A DNA stretch of 64,000 bases, from positions 9,040,539-9,104,538 of the forward strand of contig NC_069008.1 in the NCBI RefSeq assembly GCF_001194135.2, read 5' to 3'. The translations under genes were made by a program, and so were the position numbers. The DNA comes from Octopus bimaculoides. Lineage: Eukaryota. A model generated the notes under the pieces. That model was not told the origin of the DNA, ran no database searches, and worked only from the letters and a program-made list of their open reading frames with translations. Shown here one piece after another: positions 37,931 through 51,900 of this stretch. The stretch's first letter is position 1; each line of letters starts with the position of its first letter.

Positions 37931-38339
37931 GGGTGCCTTTTACGTGTCACCAGCACAGGTACTTTTCACGTGCCTATGAGTGGCACTCATGCCAGTGACA
38001 CATAAGAGGCAACACATTACACTTTTGGGGTGTTTGGCATTAGGGAGAGCACCCAGCCATAGAAACCGAGCCAAAAGATTGGAGCCTGGTGCAGCTCTCT
38101 GGCTTACCAGCTCCAGTCAAACCATCTTACCCATGCCAGCATGGAAAATGGAGACTAAATGATGATGATGTGAAATATAGGCACTGTGTATAAGCCATGT
38201 GTTTTTTCCTCTTTGTAATCAGAAAAAGAAATTGATCTAACTTGACTCACTGTCTATTAATATTTCATCAGAGATGGTTACTCATTTTGAAAACAGAAAT
38301 ATTAGCTTATAGTTATTTATAGTATATGCTCTCTTTACT

Positions 38340-38750
38340 CTCTTTACTCTTTTACTTGTTTCAGTCATTTGACTGCGGCCATGCTGGAGCACCGCCTTTA
38401 GTCGAGCGAATCGACCCCAGGACTTATTCTTTTTGAAGCCTAGTACTTATTCTATGAGTCTCTTTTGCTGAACCGCTAAGTTATGGGGACGTAAACACAC
38501 CAGCATCGGTTGACAACCAATGCTGGGGGGACAAACATAGACACACAAACACACACATACACACATATATATATATACATGTATACGACGGGCTTCTTTC
38601 AGTTTCCGTCTACCAAATCCACTCACAAGGCTTTGGTCGGCCTGAGGCTATAGTAGAAGACGCTTGCCCAAGGTGCCACGCAGTGGCACTGAACCCGAAC
38701 CATGTGGTTGGTAAGCAAGCTACTTACCACACAGCCATTCCTGCCCGTAC
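38340..38750 (-). mobile_element. CORE-like SINE, well-preserved CpG-rich copy
   Basis: Full tail-to-head match with CpGs retained. Other - strand copies at ~31650-32000, 36155-36510, 41610-42010, 43025-43410, 43430-43760, 49695-50100 and 62030-62350; + strand copies at ~48300-48640, 53720-54020, 57990-58360 and 60535-60910. Confidence 0.9.
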
Positions 38751-40699
38751 AAGTCATTCTCTTCATCATAATTTTACATCTGTTTTCCATGCTGGCTTGG
38801 GTTAGGTAGCTCAATGGGATCTTACAAGCTGGTGGACATGTCATGCTCTATTTAAAAAAAACAAAAACTTTTGACATGATTGCTGTGGCTGGATGCTGTT
38901 TCTAGTACCAACCACTTGCCTGTGCATACTGGGTGTGTTTTTCACGGCACCAGCCCTACACAGGTTGCATTGCTGTTGGTGAAAAAGTCATCTCAAGCCC
39001 TGCATTGTGTCTACTCAGATCTATCAACAACTACCTAACCCTTTTGCATTTAAACTCCAGCCTGTTTTATGCCAAAACTGACCAGATCTGACCTCTTACA
39101 CCTCCACAATGTCATTCTAAAACAATCAATCACATCACCAAATTTTAAAGTTCAGATAATGCATGATTAATTCAAAGCAATGGGAATAAATAAACAGTAT
39201 ATTTGACGGAATAATCTGAATGCTTTAGGCTTAATGTGTACTGGGTGTTTTTTGTGGCACCAGCACTGGTGGTTAGGAGGCGGAGCACCTTGCAGCTTGC
39301 AAACTGAAAGTGACCACCCATGATGGATGGAACAGATTTATTGTTGGAGGAGGATAATGGAGATAATAACAGAGGGAAAAGTGTTAGGGGTGGGAGTGAT
39401 GGAATCAGGGTAAGAGTAACAGTCAGTGTGAAGGAGATAGGTGGAGAACATTGGGGGAGGGGCAAGCTGAGTTGGTGGACCCACAAATAGAGTAAGTCAG
39501 TCTGCTTACCATGTCAGCTTGGGTTGGACTGCTCATCAGGGCCCAAGTTCTTGGAGTTACATAAAGACTAACAGATGTTTAGTGTAGAGAGAAATTGGAG
39601 GGAAAGTGAATTTGGGGCTTAATTGGTTTGTTCTAATTAACCCTCATCCTATTTGAGGGAGGCAGTCTGGTAAACAATGTGCAGCCACACATTCTCCAGC
39701 TCTAAACCTGAGTATTGGATGCAAACCTGAGTGTCACTGCCCTTAATGTGGAGGAGAGAAGAATCAATAAATACAAGGGCCAGGTGCTATCAGTTTGTGC
39801 TGCATGCCATTGAGATGTCAGATGTTCTTAGGCCCCATACTACCAATTTTCTCTGCAAAATAGGGATAACGATAGCCCATTAGAGAAATGAGCCATGTGA
39901 GGTGGAGAGGCTGCTATATTGAGGGTTGCTAGCCATTTTCTGTTGCAATACCATTGCACTCATTATCACAGGATGCGGCTGTGGACCATTGCCCCAACCT
40001 CCATCTTCTGCTGCTTTATCCCACTTTTTCTTTTATCTCTTTTTTTTTCTTGTTTCTTTGTAATTATACATTATAAATAAAATATTTGCACCACTGCCCA
40101 AATGTTGGCAATGTGTATTAATTAATTAATTAATACTAATGGATGTTCTAAAAAGCATTTGTTTTGTTAATTGTCTGGTAGACTTATGGGTATATGATAC
40201 ACGTTCTTAGCAACTACAATATCATCCTCTCTCTCTTCCTCTCTCTCTTCCTCTCACCTTCCTCTCTCTCTTCCTTTTCTTCTCTCCTTTTCCTCTCTCT
40301 CTCTCTCTCTCTCCCTCTTCCCCCCTCTCCCTCCCTCTTACTTCCTCTCCTTCTCTCTCTGGTCCAAAAAATGATCAGCTGAACTGTGATGAAGTAATGA
40401 TAACCACTGAAACTAGGTTGGTTTCAGTGGTTTTTAAGGAAGAAAGAAAATTTTCGTTTTCTGATACCACAGAAAGACAAAAAAAGGCCATGGTTTGACC
40501 AGAGTATCTACTTTTCATAGTCAGATTAAAAATCTGTTTACTAACAACACATCTTTTAAGTCTGTTTTACTTCTCCATTGCACCACGTCTCAATAAAAAT
40601 GTTGTGAGGTGCTTCTCTCTCTCAGTGCTACTTTAGCATGCAGTCTATTGCAATATCTGCAGTTATTGCTGTGAATGACATGATCTGGTTTACAATTAA

Positions 40700-41266
40700 C
40701 CCTATTTAAGGGGCACATGATGTTTTGGTATGTGTAACCAAAAAGATCAAAGGTTTTTATTTTCTGAAGTAAAGATTATTTTCCAACATAACATGGCAGT
40801 CCTGGTTTAGGACGAATGTTGTTGTAATTTAGCCCCAGGAGACATCGTCTCCAGCTGGCTATACGACATGATCTGTGCCCTTATATTTTTGAACAAGGGA
40901 ATCTAGCACCCCCACTCAGCTCAAAACAATATCTGTGTATCGCAATTTCTGGGTTATTTCCCTTCATCAGCACTGAATAATTGTTTGGCTAGAGGTGGCG
41001 CTACCAAATTCCCATTTTTCTTTTTTCTGTTGTGATTGAAATTGATGGATGCTTATAGAAAACTAAGGATAAAGTGTCTGAAACTATTTTATTAGTATGT
41101 AAAACTATATAAGTTATATAATTTTAAATTATATCTACTGAAAGACGATCCCTGATCAGCTATTACATTTCAAAACATTTGTTTCATCAGGCTGATGGAT
41201 TGTCCTCAGAGTCCTTTCAGCTTGTATCACTTGGGCTGATCAATTGGCCTGGGTGTCCCAAGAGGG
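40700..41266. mobile_element. Possible piggyBac-like non-autonomous element
   Basis: TTAA-CCCT...AGGG-TTAA boundaries with weak TIR similarity. Confidence 0.4.
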
Positions 41267-41772
41267 TTAAACTGCATACTAAAGTGTAAATGGCCAGGTA
41301 GACCACATACTAAAGTGGTACTTCTCTCTCTCTCTCTCCCCCCCATCTAGTTGCACTCATAATCACAAGATCATGGTTTTGATCCCTGGACCAAGCAATG
41401 CATTTTGTTTGTGAACAAACACATCATTTTATGTTGCTCCAGAATGGCATCCCTCTCAGAGGGTATGTTCATATTCATGATCACTTGTATGCCAATAGGC
41501 CTGCTTGCCTACTCAGCAAGGTGGTGTTGTTTGAGTGTTACAACAGTGTGAGAAAATGCATTGTGACCAGTGGTGTGTAACAATATCCAGTAGTTTGGTT
41601 GATATAGTGATGTCATGCAGTCATGCTGGAGCACTGCCTTGACACTTTTTAGTTGAATAAATCAACACCAGTACATTTTTTTTTAACCTTGGTACTAATT
41701 TTGTTGGAATCTTTTGCTGAACTGCTAAGTTACAGGGATGTAAACACACCACCTGTTGTCAAGCAGTGGTCT

Positions 41773-41871
<99 letters not shown>

Positions 41872-43634
41872 GCTTTCAGTTTCCGTCTACCATTTCCATT
41901 CACAAGGCTTTGGTTGGTCTGAGGCTGTAGTAGAAGACACTTGCCCAAGGTGCCACACAGTGGGACTGAACCCTGAACCATGTGTTTGGAAGCAAGCTTC
42001 TTGCCACACACACACACACACAGCCGAAGCAGACACAGTAGCCTGGGGTAGTCTTCCACCTGGCTGGTTCCTGTCAAACCGTCCAACCCATGCCTGCATG
42101 GAAGAAAGACGTTAAACGATGATGATGATGATGGTAATGGTGTTGATCCTACTCTCCCAAAATTGATTTGTGAAATTAATGGTAAGGTGAGTGAGCAATT
42201 GTGATGTGTGTGTCTGTGTGTGTAACTAATATATATTAAAAACACTCTTCATCGTTATACCGTTACAGTTACCATATATATCTCCCACCCCGCAGAATAT
42301 GCTCACCCACACGCAGTGTGTATATTCTTCTCCCCCTCCTTTCTCTCTACTCATACTGCATTCATTTCTCTGTTTTGTTCTGTTCTTCCCTGTCCCCTCC
42401 CCCCTTTTTTTTCTCTTCCTCATCATCCCCTTCTTTTTTTTTGTCTATCCAACCTTGCTAACTCTACCATGGCAATGTAGGTAGCAGTGACCCAGTTGCT
42501 GAAGACTCCCTACCCATTTCATCTCTGTCAGCAGCAGCAGCAGTTACTGCGGTAGGATTTTGTCGGAAGCACAAATATTTGGTCTGTAAGCTATATACCG
42601 TGATAGTATAGTGCGGTATGTGTGTAAATGAGAGGCTTGTGTGTGTGTGTGTGGGTGGTAGTGTGAGAAATTTTGTACTGAAAAAAGAAAAAAAAATGAA
42701 ATTACATCAGACTGCTGACTCCTGTTAAATTTACGTGTATGTGTGTAATATCTGCATGTGTGTATATGTGTGTTTATAAAATACAACCAAAAATTAAAAA
42801 AATAAATCAGAAAGACGAGATGAATGAATAGCAAACAGGGTGTATTTGTTAAATACTCAGGAAAAATGGAAGATGAAAGATAAAAAGGAGAGAAAGAAAA
42901 AAACGTGTTTAAATTGTGAGTATATACAGATGTATATACTCATTCATAGACATGTATATTTGTGTGTATATATACACACACACACATATTTACCCATACA
43001 CACGTATGAATCTCTACTTATACCTTTTTCTCTCTTTTACTTGTTTCAACCATTAGACTGCGGCCGTGCTGGGGCACCACCGTGAAGAATGTTTTAGTTG
43101 AATGAATCGGCTTCAATACTTAAAATTTTTTTAAAGCTAGGTACTTATTCTATCGATCTTTTCGCTGAACCGCTAAGTTACTGGGACGTAAGCACACCAA
43201 CACCGGTTTTCAAGCGGTAGTAGAAGACCCACTCAAAGACTCACACACACACTTGTATATACACATATACAATGGGCTTCTTTCAGTTTCCGTCACAAGG
43301 CTTTGGTCAGCGTAGGGCTATAGTAGAAGACACCGGCCCAAGGTGCCACGCAGTGGCACTGAACCTGGAACCATGTGGCTCGAAAACAAGCTTCTTACCA
43401 CACAGCTACGCTTGTGTCTATATTGTATTTCTTTTATCTTTTACTTGCTTCAGTCATTAGGCTGTGGCCATGCTGGGGCACTGCCCTGAAGAATTTTTTG
43501 TCAAATGAACTGACCCCAGTACTTATTTTTAAGTTTGGTACTTATCCTATCGGTCTCTTTTGCTGAACTGCTAGTTTCAGGGGTATAAACAAACCAAAAC
43601 CAGTTGTCAAGCAATGGTGGAGGACAAACACAAA

Positions 43635-43667
<33 letters not shown>

Positions 43668-45068
43668 TGAGCTCGTTTCAGTTTCCATGTATCAAATCCA
43701 CTCACAAGGCTTTGGTCAATCCGGTTCTATTGTAGAAGTTACTTGGGACTGAATTCAAAACTAAATGGTTAGGAGATGACTTTGCAAGTTTAAGTAACTT
43801 ATAACTGAATGTTAGCTTTCAGTAGAAAGTGTTTTATCTTTGGCTCCAGAAGAACATGTTCACCTAGTTTTGTTCCAGCCCAAGTGTACCCCCCCCCATT
43901 CTAGTGCCCATGTATATCCATACAGTATCTTCATACACCAGTGTTGTCCACAGAAAATCGCTTTGTTTCCAGCAACAGTTAATAATCCTCTCGATGTTTT
44001 CACCCCACATTTTTACTGCCTACTATGCTTTCAATTCACCCATCTCCTCTGCTAATTACATCACCTAGGTAACAAACACTATCAACTACTTTTGGAGTCT
44101 GCTGAGCATTTGAAAATATTAATTTCACTGGTGCAATTTGCTGCTAACTACTACTGTACAGAATGTACCTTCTCTGTTAACCCGCTTGTGATCCTGTAAT
44201 CTTTCTTATGCATTCATAGCTTACATTAAGTGCAGCATATGGTTTTTCTACATATTTTGTTTCTGCATTATTAACCATGACCACTGCCCAAAAGGTCATA
44301 GAACCATGTATTCTTGTTAACTAAAACGTTTGTGTGTTTGGTTTACTTTCATCTTTTAGCATTTAGGTAATATGTATCCCCACTTTAAAGTGGATATTCT
44401 GTTTGAACAAATTATACTATGGTAAATGCCATAAGAGGAACTCTTATATTGGCTTTTGGTGCAAAATGCACTTGTGAGGAGATAAATCCATGCCACTTCC
44501 AGTGCTGGCACTACCAGATTGCCAGTAAGCTTGTTAAAATATAATTTAGAAGCTGTATGAATACCAAGAGGTAATATTTATCCCCACTTAAACGTGGATG
44601 TTCTGTTGGAACAAGCTATACTGCCATAGATACCATGAGAGAAACTGTAATGTAGTCTTTTGATGCCATATGCACTCTTGTTTATATTGCTAGGATTGTT
44701 TATATCTGTCACTAGTATATATTTTGTAACAAGCGCACTGGCTAATCATTACACCAGTGCCTAGCACTGTTTTTCTATACATCACTAGCAGGGAGATGAG
44801 TTTCCATTATCACAGCCAGTTGAGTATCCATCATTGCAAAGACCAAGGAAGGTTGAAATCACTTGATCTATTGATCTTGGTGCAGGAGATGACAGAGATT
44901 TATCTCCCTGTTAGTGATATAAATGAGAGTGCATTTTGCACCAAAAGCCAATATGGGGGGTTCTCTCATGGTATTTACTGCAGTATAGTTTGTTCTAAGA
45001 GAACATCCACATTTAAGTGGGGATAAAGATTATCTCTCGGTATTAATACTGTCTTTGTCACTAATATA

Positions 45069-46294
45069 TTGGGTTGGCAACTAAGTTCCCACCGTTTTTT
45101 TAAAATTTAAATTTTTTAAAAGGTTTAATAAAAAAAATAACAATTAATTAATGTATTCACCTTTGTTGTTTAAAACTTCTTCCCAACTTTCAACAAGATT
45201 TCCAATGCCTCGTTGGTAGAAATCACCCGATTTCGACTTGAAAAATTGATCCAACCAAGCTGTCAATTCTGCATCAGTATTGAAGGAAACTCCACACATA
45301 GCATTTGAAAGAGGTGGAAATCCATTGGTGCCAAATCAGGAGTGTATGGTGGGTGTGGCAGCACTTCCCAGCCTTGCGTTTGAATGGCTTCCTCGGTCAT
45401 ATTGGCGATATGAGGGTGGGCGGTGTCGTGCAACAGAAGAACTCCATGCTGCCGATTAGGTCTTTTCTCTTGAATAGCCATGTTGAGTCGTTCCACCTGT
45501 TGAACATAGAATTCTGTGTTGACCGTTTGGTTCCATTCAAGCAGTTCATAATGGATAATCCCTTCCCAATCCCACCATATGCACAACATCATTCTACGCG
45601 GATGAAGATCTTGTTTACCGGGGCTAAGCCTTTCTTTATGCTGCTTCATATTGATGTACAGGCACCATTTTTCGTCGCCAGTAACGATTCGGTAAAGAAA
45701 TCGTTGCTTGTGTCCATGAGTTGAGCAGTAACGAGCAAGCAAACCAGCGGAGATTGTGGCTTGTTGATTTTTGTTGTTGTCACTTAAAGCATGCGGAACC
45801 CATGCTCCATACTTCTGAACCTTTCCCATCGAGTGAAGATGCTTCTCTATAGCAGTGTGTGAGCATTCCATTTTCTCTGCCAGTTCCCTTGTCATTTGAT
45901 GAGTATTTTCATGCAAAAGTTGGTTTAATCGATCTTCATCGAACTCAACTGGACAGCCAGAACATCTTTGAGATCAAAATTTCCATTTTTGAACTTGGTA
46001 TACCAATCACGAGTGGTTCTTTCAGCTATGACACCCTCTCCATACACGGCACAAATGTCGCAAGCAGCTTTTGGGACCTTAGAACCTTAATTAAAAGCAA
46101 AAAGGTGTCCAAAATGCTCGTTTTTCTTAACTTGACATTCCATTTTAATGATCTGAAAATAAACAAAAATTAACGAAAATTAACAAGAGAGAGAAAAAAA
46201 AAAAAAGATTCCAAAATGATTCAAAAATAGAATTCTTGAAAAAAATAGATTCCAAAATTTTAAATGAATGGCGGGAACTTAGTTGCCAACCCAA
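45069..46294 (-). mobile_element. Near full-length mariner transposon (1226 bp), TA TSD
   Basis: TIR TTGGGTTGGCAACTAAGTTCCC(A/G)CC at both ends, flanked by TA. Confidence 0.95.
45144..46143 (-). pseudogene. mariner D,D34D transposase, disrupted
   Basis: MECQVKKNEHF start, WVPHAL, TGDEKW, HDTAHPH, YTPDLAPMD with exactly 34 residues between D2 and D3. One N-terminal stop and frameshifts at ~45930 and ~45305. Confidence 0.93.
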
Positions 46295-46611
46295 TATATC
46301 CTTTAGCATTTAAACTAGTANNNNNNNNNNNNNNNNNNNNNNNNNNNNNNNNNNNNNNNNNNNNNNNNNNNNNNNNNNNNNNNNNNNNNNNNNNNNNNNN
46401 NNNNNNNNNNNNNNNNNNNNNNNNNNNNNNNNNNNNNNNNNNNNNNNNNNNNNNTCTAGTCTACATGCATTATGATCAGCGTTTGCCAGATCTGGCCTCC
46501 CACAGCTACCTTGCAATGTCATTCTACAAATAAACAATCACACTGAAATCTTGAAGCCATAATTACTTCAAAACAATGTGCATCAACGTCACTCAAACTG
46601 CTTTCACAAAT

Positions 46612-47050
46612 TCCCATGACTCCCTGTCACCATCCAGTTCCGTTATTATGGATTTGAATTGGAAACTTGAGTTATGGTGAATCTTTCATTACTTGATTAC
46701 ACAATCAGGGATGCCACCCCTATGGATGCATTGCAGTCACTCTCTTCATAGAACTTGGTGATCCTAACAGTTAATCTTCTAGCATTCCTCCACTCAGCAT
46801 CACCGTAAGAAGCACTGCTGCCTCTTCCCAATTTGCCATGATGCTTTTGCAGATTGCCATGAGTCCCTGTAACCATCCAGTTCTATTAATATAAATTTGA
46901 ATTGGGAGCTTGAGTCACAGTGAATCTTTCATTAGCTGATTCCGCAACTACGGATGCCACCCCTATGGATGTATTGCAGTCACTCTCTTCATAGAATTTG
47001 GTGATCCTCGGATTCCTTCACTTGGCATCACTAAGAAGCATCATTGGCTC
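46612..47050. repeat. Diverged tandem duplication, period ~243 bp
   Basis: CCATGACTCCCTGTCACCATCCAGTTC at 46614 and CCATGAGTCCCTGTAACCATCCAGTTC at 46857. Both copies share TGCAGTCACTCTCTTCATAGAA. Confidence 0.85.
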
Positions 47051-48859
47051 AGTTGAGCTCTTCTGCTACCTTTTCACAATCTGCTCTGCTGCAATCCCAT
47101 GACTTCACAATATCCCTGGCAGGGTGGCTGAATGGATGCTATGCCTATAACTCTACCAGGCATGTTCATCACTCTGTGAGGTATTTTCAAATTACCTGAA
47201 TACCCAAGTGAATAAATAAGCATTACATTTGACAGAGTAATTTGATTACTAAAGGATTAAAGTATCTCTATTCTGGGCTCTGCTTATTTGTTTGGTATAT
47301 TTTGTTGACAGTGTCTCTATATATATAGCTTGCAGAAGAGAGATAAAGGAATAATCTTTGATTTAGGTCAAAAGACTGCGAAGAGATGTAGATAATTTGC
47401 TGTATATATATTATCATGTATATGCATATATATGTATAGAGCAGATTGTATGGTGCTTGTGTACAAAGTGCATGTAGTGAAGTGTATGCATCTATGAGTA
47501 CCAAAACTTATCAAACATTTTGAATCTTCATACATTGCTAACTTGGCTAGTTTCTCTTCTTTTCTTTTTATACTTTCTGTCTCTCATTCCAACATGTCTG
47601 ATCATAACCTGTTATTTTCTTTTTCTTCTCTTCATCTGCTTTCTTTCCTCATTTTTTTTTTCTGTAGATGAGTTTAGGCTCAAAACATCCAAAATTTCTT
47701 CCATTTTTCTTGAGCATCAAACTAATGCACTTTGTTTGCTGTTCCCTTACCTGTCTCTGTCTTTTGCTTTTTGTACAACTTTGATATATATATATATATA
47801 TATCATCATCATCATAATCATTTAACATCTTTTTTCTATGCTGGCATGGGTTGGACAGTTTGACAGGAGCTGGTAAGCCAGCAAGCTGCACCAGGCTCCA
47901 ATTGTCTGTTTTGGCTTGGTTTTGGTTTCTGTGGCTGGATACCCTTCCTAATGCCAACTACTTTACAGAGTGCATGGTGTTCTTTATACATGGCACCAGC
48001 ATGGGTGCTTTTTACATCTCACCAGCACCCATGAGCTTGCAAGACAACTGAGAGGAGGAGGGGAACCAAGAGATTAGTATATGGTAGGGGGACAGAGGTA
48101 GCCCTTTTACTGTTGAGGAGATACTTGGCTACCTCTGTAGGACAAGAAGGTGAGAGAGAAATAGAGAGACAGTCAAAGCGTGCGAGAGAGCCTGCCCACG
48201 GGGAACAGCGGAGGGGGTAGTATAATTAGTACAGAGAGGATAGAGGCAGGGATATTCCTTAGGAGTGTGAAGGGAGATATTTAGAGATAGAGATGCTTTC
48301 CAACCATATTGTCCTACTGTTTGGCACCTTGGGCAAGTGTCTTCTACTGTAGCCTCAGGCTGACCAAAGCCTTGTGAGTGGATTTGGTAGACAGAAACTG
48401 AAGGAAGCCTGTGGTATATATGTGTGTGTGTGTGTGTGTGTCTATGCATGTGTGTCCTGACAACCAGTGTTAGTGTGTTTTGGTCCCCGTAACTTAATGG
48501 TTTGGGAAAAAAAAAGACAATAGAATAAGTACTAGGCTTAAGAAATAACTCCTGTGGTTGATTTGTTTGATTAAAAACCCTCCAAGGCAGTGCTCCAGCA
48601 TGGCCACAGTCAAATGACTGAAACAAGTAAAAGAATAATAACAAGTGATGATGAGAGGAATTGGAAGTTGCTAGGAGTGGGTAGTATAGATATGTGAGGG
48701 CATGGAGAGTGTGCAAATAGGTGCACAAGGGAGAGTGGAGGGGCCTACAGTAGGTGCTGGAGGTGTGAGGAAGATGGGCTGTGGGAGAGTCTGACATAGG
48801 ACAGAATTACATGTGTGAAAGAGGGGGTGGGCATGGACTATAAAGGATATGCCTGTATG

Positions 48860-49690
48860 TATGGTTGGCCATGATTTTACTTAGTTTGATGTGTCTTCTC
48901 AAGCATAGCAAATTTCCTGAAGTTTCGCTCTCTTCTCCTCTTTTAAGTGAGGCTCAACATCTGAAGATCATTTCTCACCACTTCATCTCGCGTCTTCCTC
49001 GGTTTACCCCTTCCACAGGTTCCCTCCTCAATTAAAGATCAGCTCTTCACACAGCTGTCCTCATCTACATGTATCACATGACCAGACCAGTGTAGTCTTC
49101 TCTCTTGCACATATCTGATGCCTCTTATATTCAATTTTTTTCTCAAATCACTTACACTCTGTTGTACATGCACCCTGGCATTACCCATTCAGTGGAGCAT
49201 ACTTATTCGCGCACTTACACTTTCAGAACTTCCTCCACCATTGCTAACTTGGTCGTCTTGGTAATGGAAGTTACCTACTACTTCAAAGGATCCTTGTTGT
49301 CACTTGAGGAAGTCTATTCTCTATACATTCATGGTGTTTATTATATTCACATGTCTATCACACACAAAGATTATTTTTTCTATTAACCTTCGTATGATAC
49401 TACTGCACTTATGTGTCCACAGCTCACACTGTGTACATTGTATGGAGTTCCTACGTACACCGTTTCTACTTGTTGAGCAGAGCCATCTCATTGAAGCGAT
49501 TAACGATTTGGCTGTTTTCCTACTTACTAGGGCTTTGCACTTAGGTAAATTAATTCTAAAGCTCTTTGGATCCAGACCTTGCTTCTACACCTGAAATTTT
49601 GTCTCTAGTTCAGGTAGCTATAAGAACAAGGTCATCAGCCTAAAGGAACTCCCAAGGGCAGCTAATCTTAAGTTCTTCTGGAGGACTATC
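48860..49690 (-). pseudogene. RTE-clade LINE 3' portion with internal deletions
   Basis: Minus strand WKQGLDPKSFRINLPKCKAL...RNSIQCTQCELWTHKC and RRLHWSGHVIHVDEDSCVK...GRGKPRKT.DEVVRNDL, followed by 3' UTR. Confidence 0.85.
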
Positions 49691-50596
49691 TTTTATCTTT
49701 TACTTGTTTTGGTCATTAGACTTCAGCCATGCTGAGGCACTGCCTTGAACAATTTGCTTTAGTGGAAAGAATCAACCCCAGAACTTTTTTTTTTTAAGCC
49801 TGGTACTTATTCTATCGGTCATCTTTTGCTGAAACACAAAGTTATGGGTACGAAAACACACCAACACCAGTTGTCAAGTGGTGGTGGGGGACAGACACAG
49901 ACAGACAGATATACTCTCACACACGTGCACGCACACACACACACACACGCACACACATATATATGACAGGTTTCTTTCAGTTTCCATCTACCAAATCCAC
50001 TCACAAGGCTTTAGTCGTCTAAGGTGCCTCAGAGTGAGACTGAACCCGGAACCATGTGGTTGGGAAGGAAGCTTCTTATCACACAGCCATGCCTGCACCT
50101 ATGTATATTTCATTTTTGTGTTTGGTTTGCAAGATTCTTGATGTGAATTTGTGTGTTGAAACAAATTTTGTCATGTCTGGGGAGAGTCATTACACTGATA
50201 CCAATAACACACGATATTATAACACACACAACAATCAATTCCAGTCCTTTATTATTAGTCAACTGGTTAAATATCTACCCAACTAACTAATCAATCAGTT
50301 GTTTAACTTGTTGCTGATTAAACAGTGGATTTTTAAAAACTTTTTTTGTTACCCAAAGTTCTTTTGCTGCCATTCACAACGATTTCAGTGACTCTTTCTC
50401 TCTCTCTCTCTCTCTCTTCCACTTTGCTATTGAGGCCATGTTTGCCTGTCTGAGACCTAGTTGCTTGCATGTGTGTGTATAGGTGTGTGTTTAAGAGGCA
50501 AGGGTGAGTGATAATGACTGACAGGTTTGTGTGTGCGTGTGATTTGTTGCACACACAAACCTGTCAGTCATCACCACCCTCCCTTCTTCTCCTAAG

Positions 50597-50678
<82 letters not shown>

Positions 50679-50971
50679 TATTTATATTCATTAAAAACAA
50701 AAGCTGGAAAATTTGGTATATTTTTAATTTCATGTTACATGCATTTCATTATAGCATAAGAGAGTTCAGTGCCAATTTTGGAAGTCAATTACATTGACTC
50801 CAGAGTTGAACTGGTAGTTATTTTATTGACCCGGGAAGGATGAAAGGCAAAGTCGACCTCAGCAGAATTTGAACTCAGAATATAAAGATGGATGGAATAC
50901 TGCTAAGCATTTTGTCTGGCGGGCTAACAATTCTACTAGCTCACTGTCTTATGTGAATATAATTATAAAAA

Positions 50972-51010
<39 letters not shown>

Positions 51011-51219
51011 TCTACTATAGGTACAAGGCCTGAAATTTGGGGGGAGGGGACCAGTCAGTTACACTGACCCCGGTGTTTCACTGATACTTAATCTATCAAC
51101 CCTGAAAGGATGAAAAGCAAAGTTGACCCTGGGGGCATTTGAACTCAGAATGCCAAGACAGGCAAAATACCGTTTAAGCAGTTTGCCAAGATACTAGCAA
51201 CCCTGCCAGCTTGCTGCCT

Positions 51220-51285
<66 letters not shown>

Positions 51286-51575
51286 NNNNNNNNNNNNNNN
51301 NNNNNNNNNNNNNNNNNNNNNNNNNNNNNNNNNNNNNNNNNNNNNNNNNNNNNNNNNNNNNNNNNNNNNNNNNNNNNNNNNNNNNNNNNNNNNNNNNNNN
51401 NNNNNNNNNNNNNNNNNNNNNNNNNNNNNNNNNNNNNNNNNNNNNNNNNNNNNNNNNNNNNNNNNNNNNNNNNNNNNNNNNNNNNNNNNNNNNNNNNNNN
51501 NNNNNNNNNNNNNNNNNNNNNNNNNNNNNNNNNNNNNNNNNNNNNNNNNNNNNNNNNNNNNNNNNNNNNNNNNNA

Positions 51576-51900
51576 GGTCATGAATGACCATGCAATTACA
51601 CCTAGAAAGTAACCCTTCAAGGCACATGTCCGGGCAAGGTTGTTTATGGAAGACCAGTAGTCACCCATGCATACCAGCATCCTCTCTTCACGCCACCAAT
51701 GTCATCGAAGGGAATGGCAAAGGCTGATACAGCTTGGCACCAGTGATGTCTCAACTCATTTCTACAGCTGAGTGAACTGGAGCAATGTGAAATAAAGTGT
51801 CTTGCTTAAGAACACAACACACAGCCCAGTTTGGGAACTGAACTCACTACCTCATGATTGTGAGCCTGGAACTCTGACCACTGAGCTATGCACCTTCACA
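51576..51900 (-). mobile_element. tRNA-derived SINE with RTE-like tail
   Basis: CAGCTGAGTGAACTGGAGCAATGTGAAATAAAGTGTCTTGC core, with the head (ACCACTGAGCTATGCACCTTC, reversed) at ~51880. Confidence 0.7.

Noticed and set aside
40402-40436. 12-bp stem hairpin followed by a T run, resembling an intrinsic terminator
   Set aside because: The context is eukaryotic, with no upstream bacterial-type gene and no CTRR end to support a Helitron 3' terminus.
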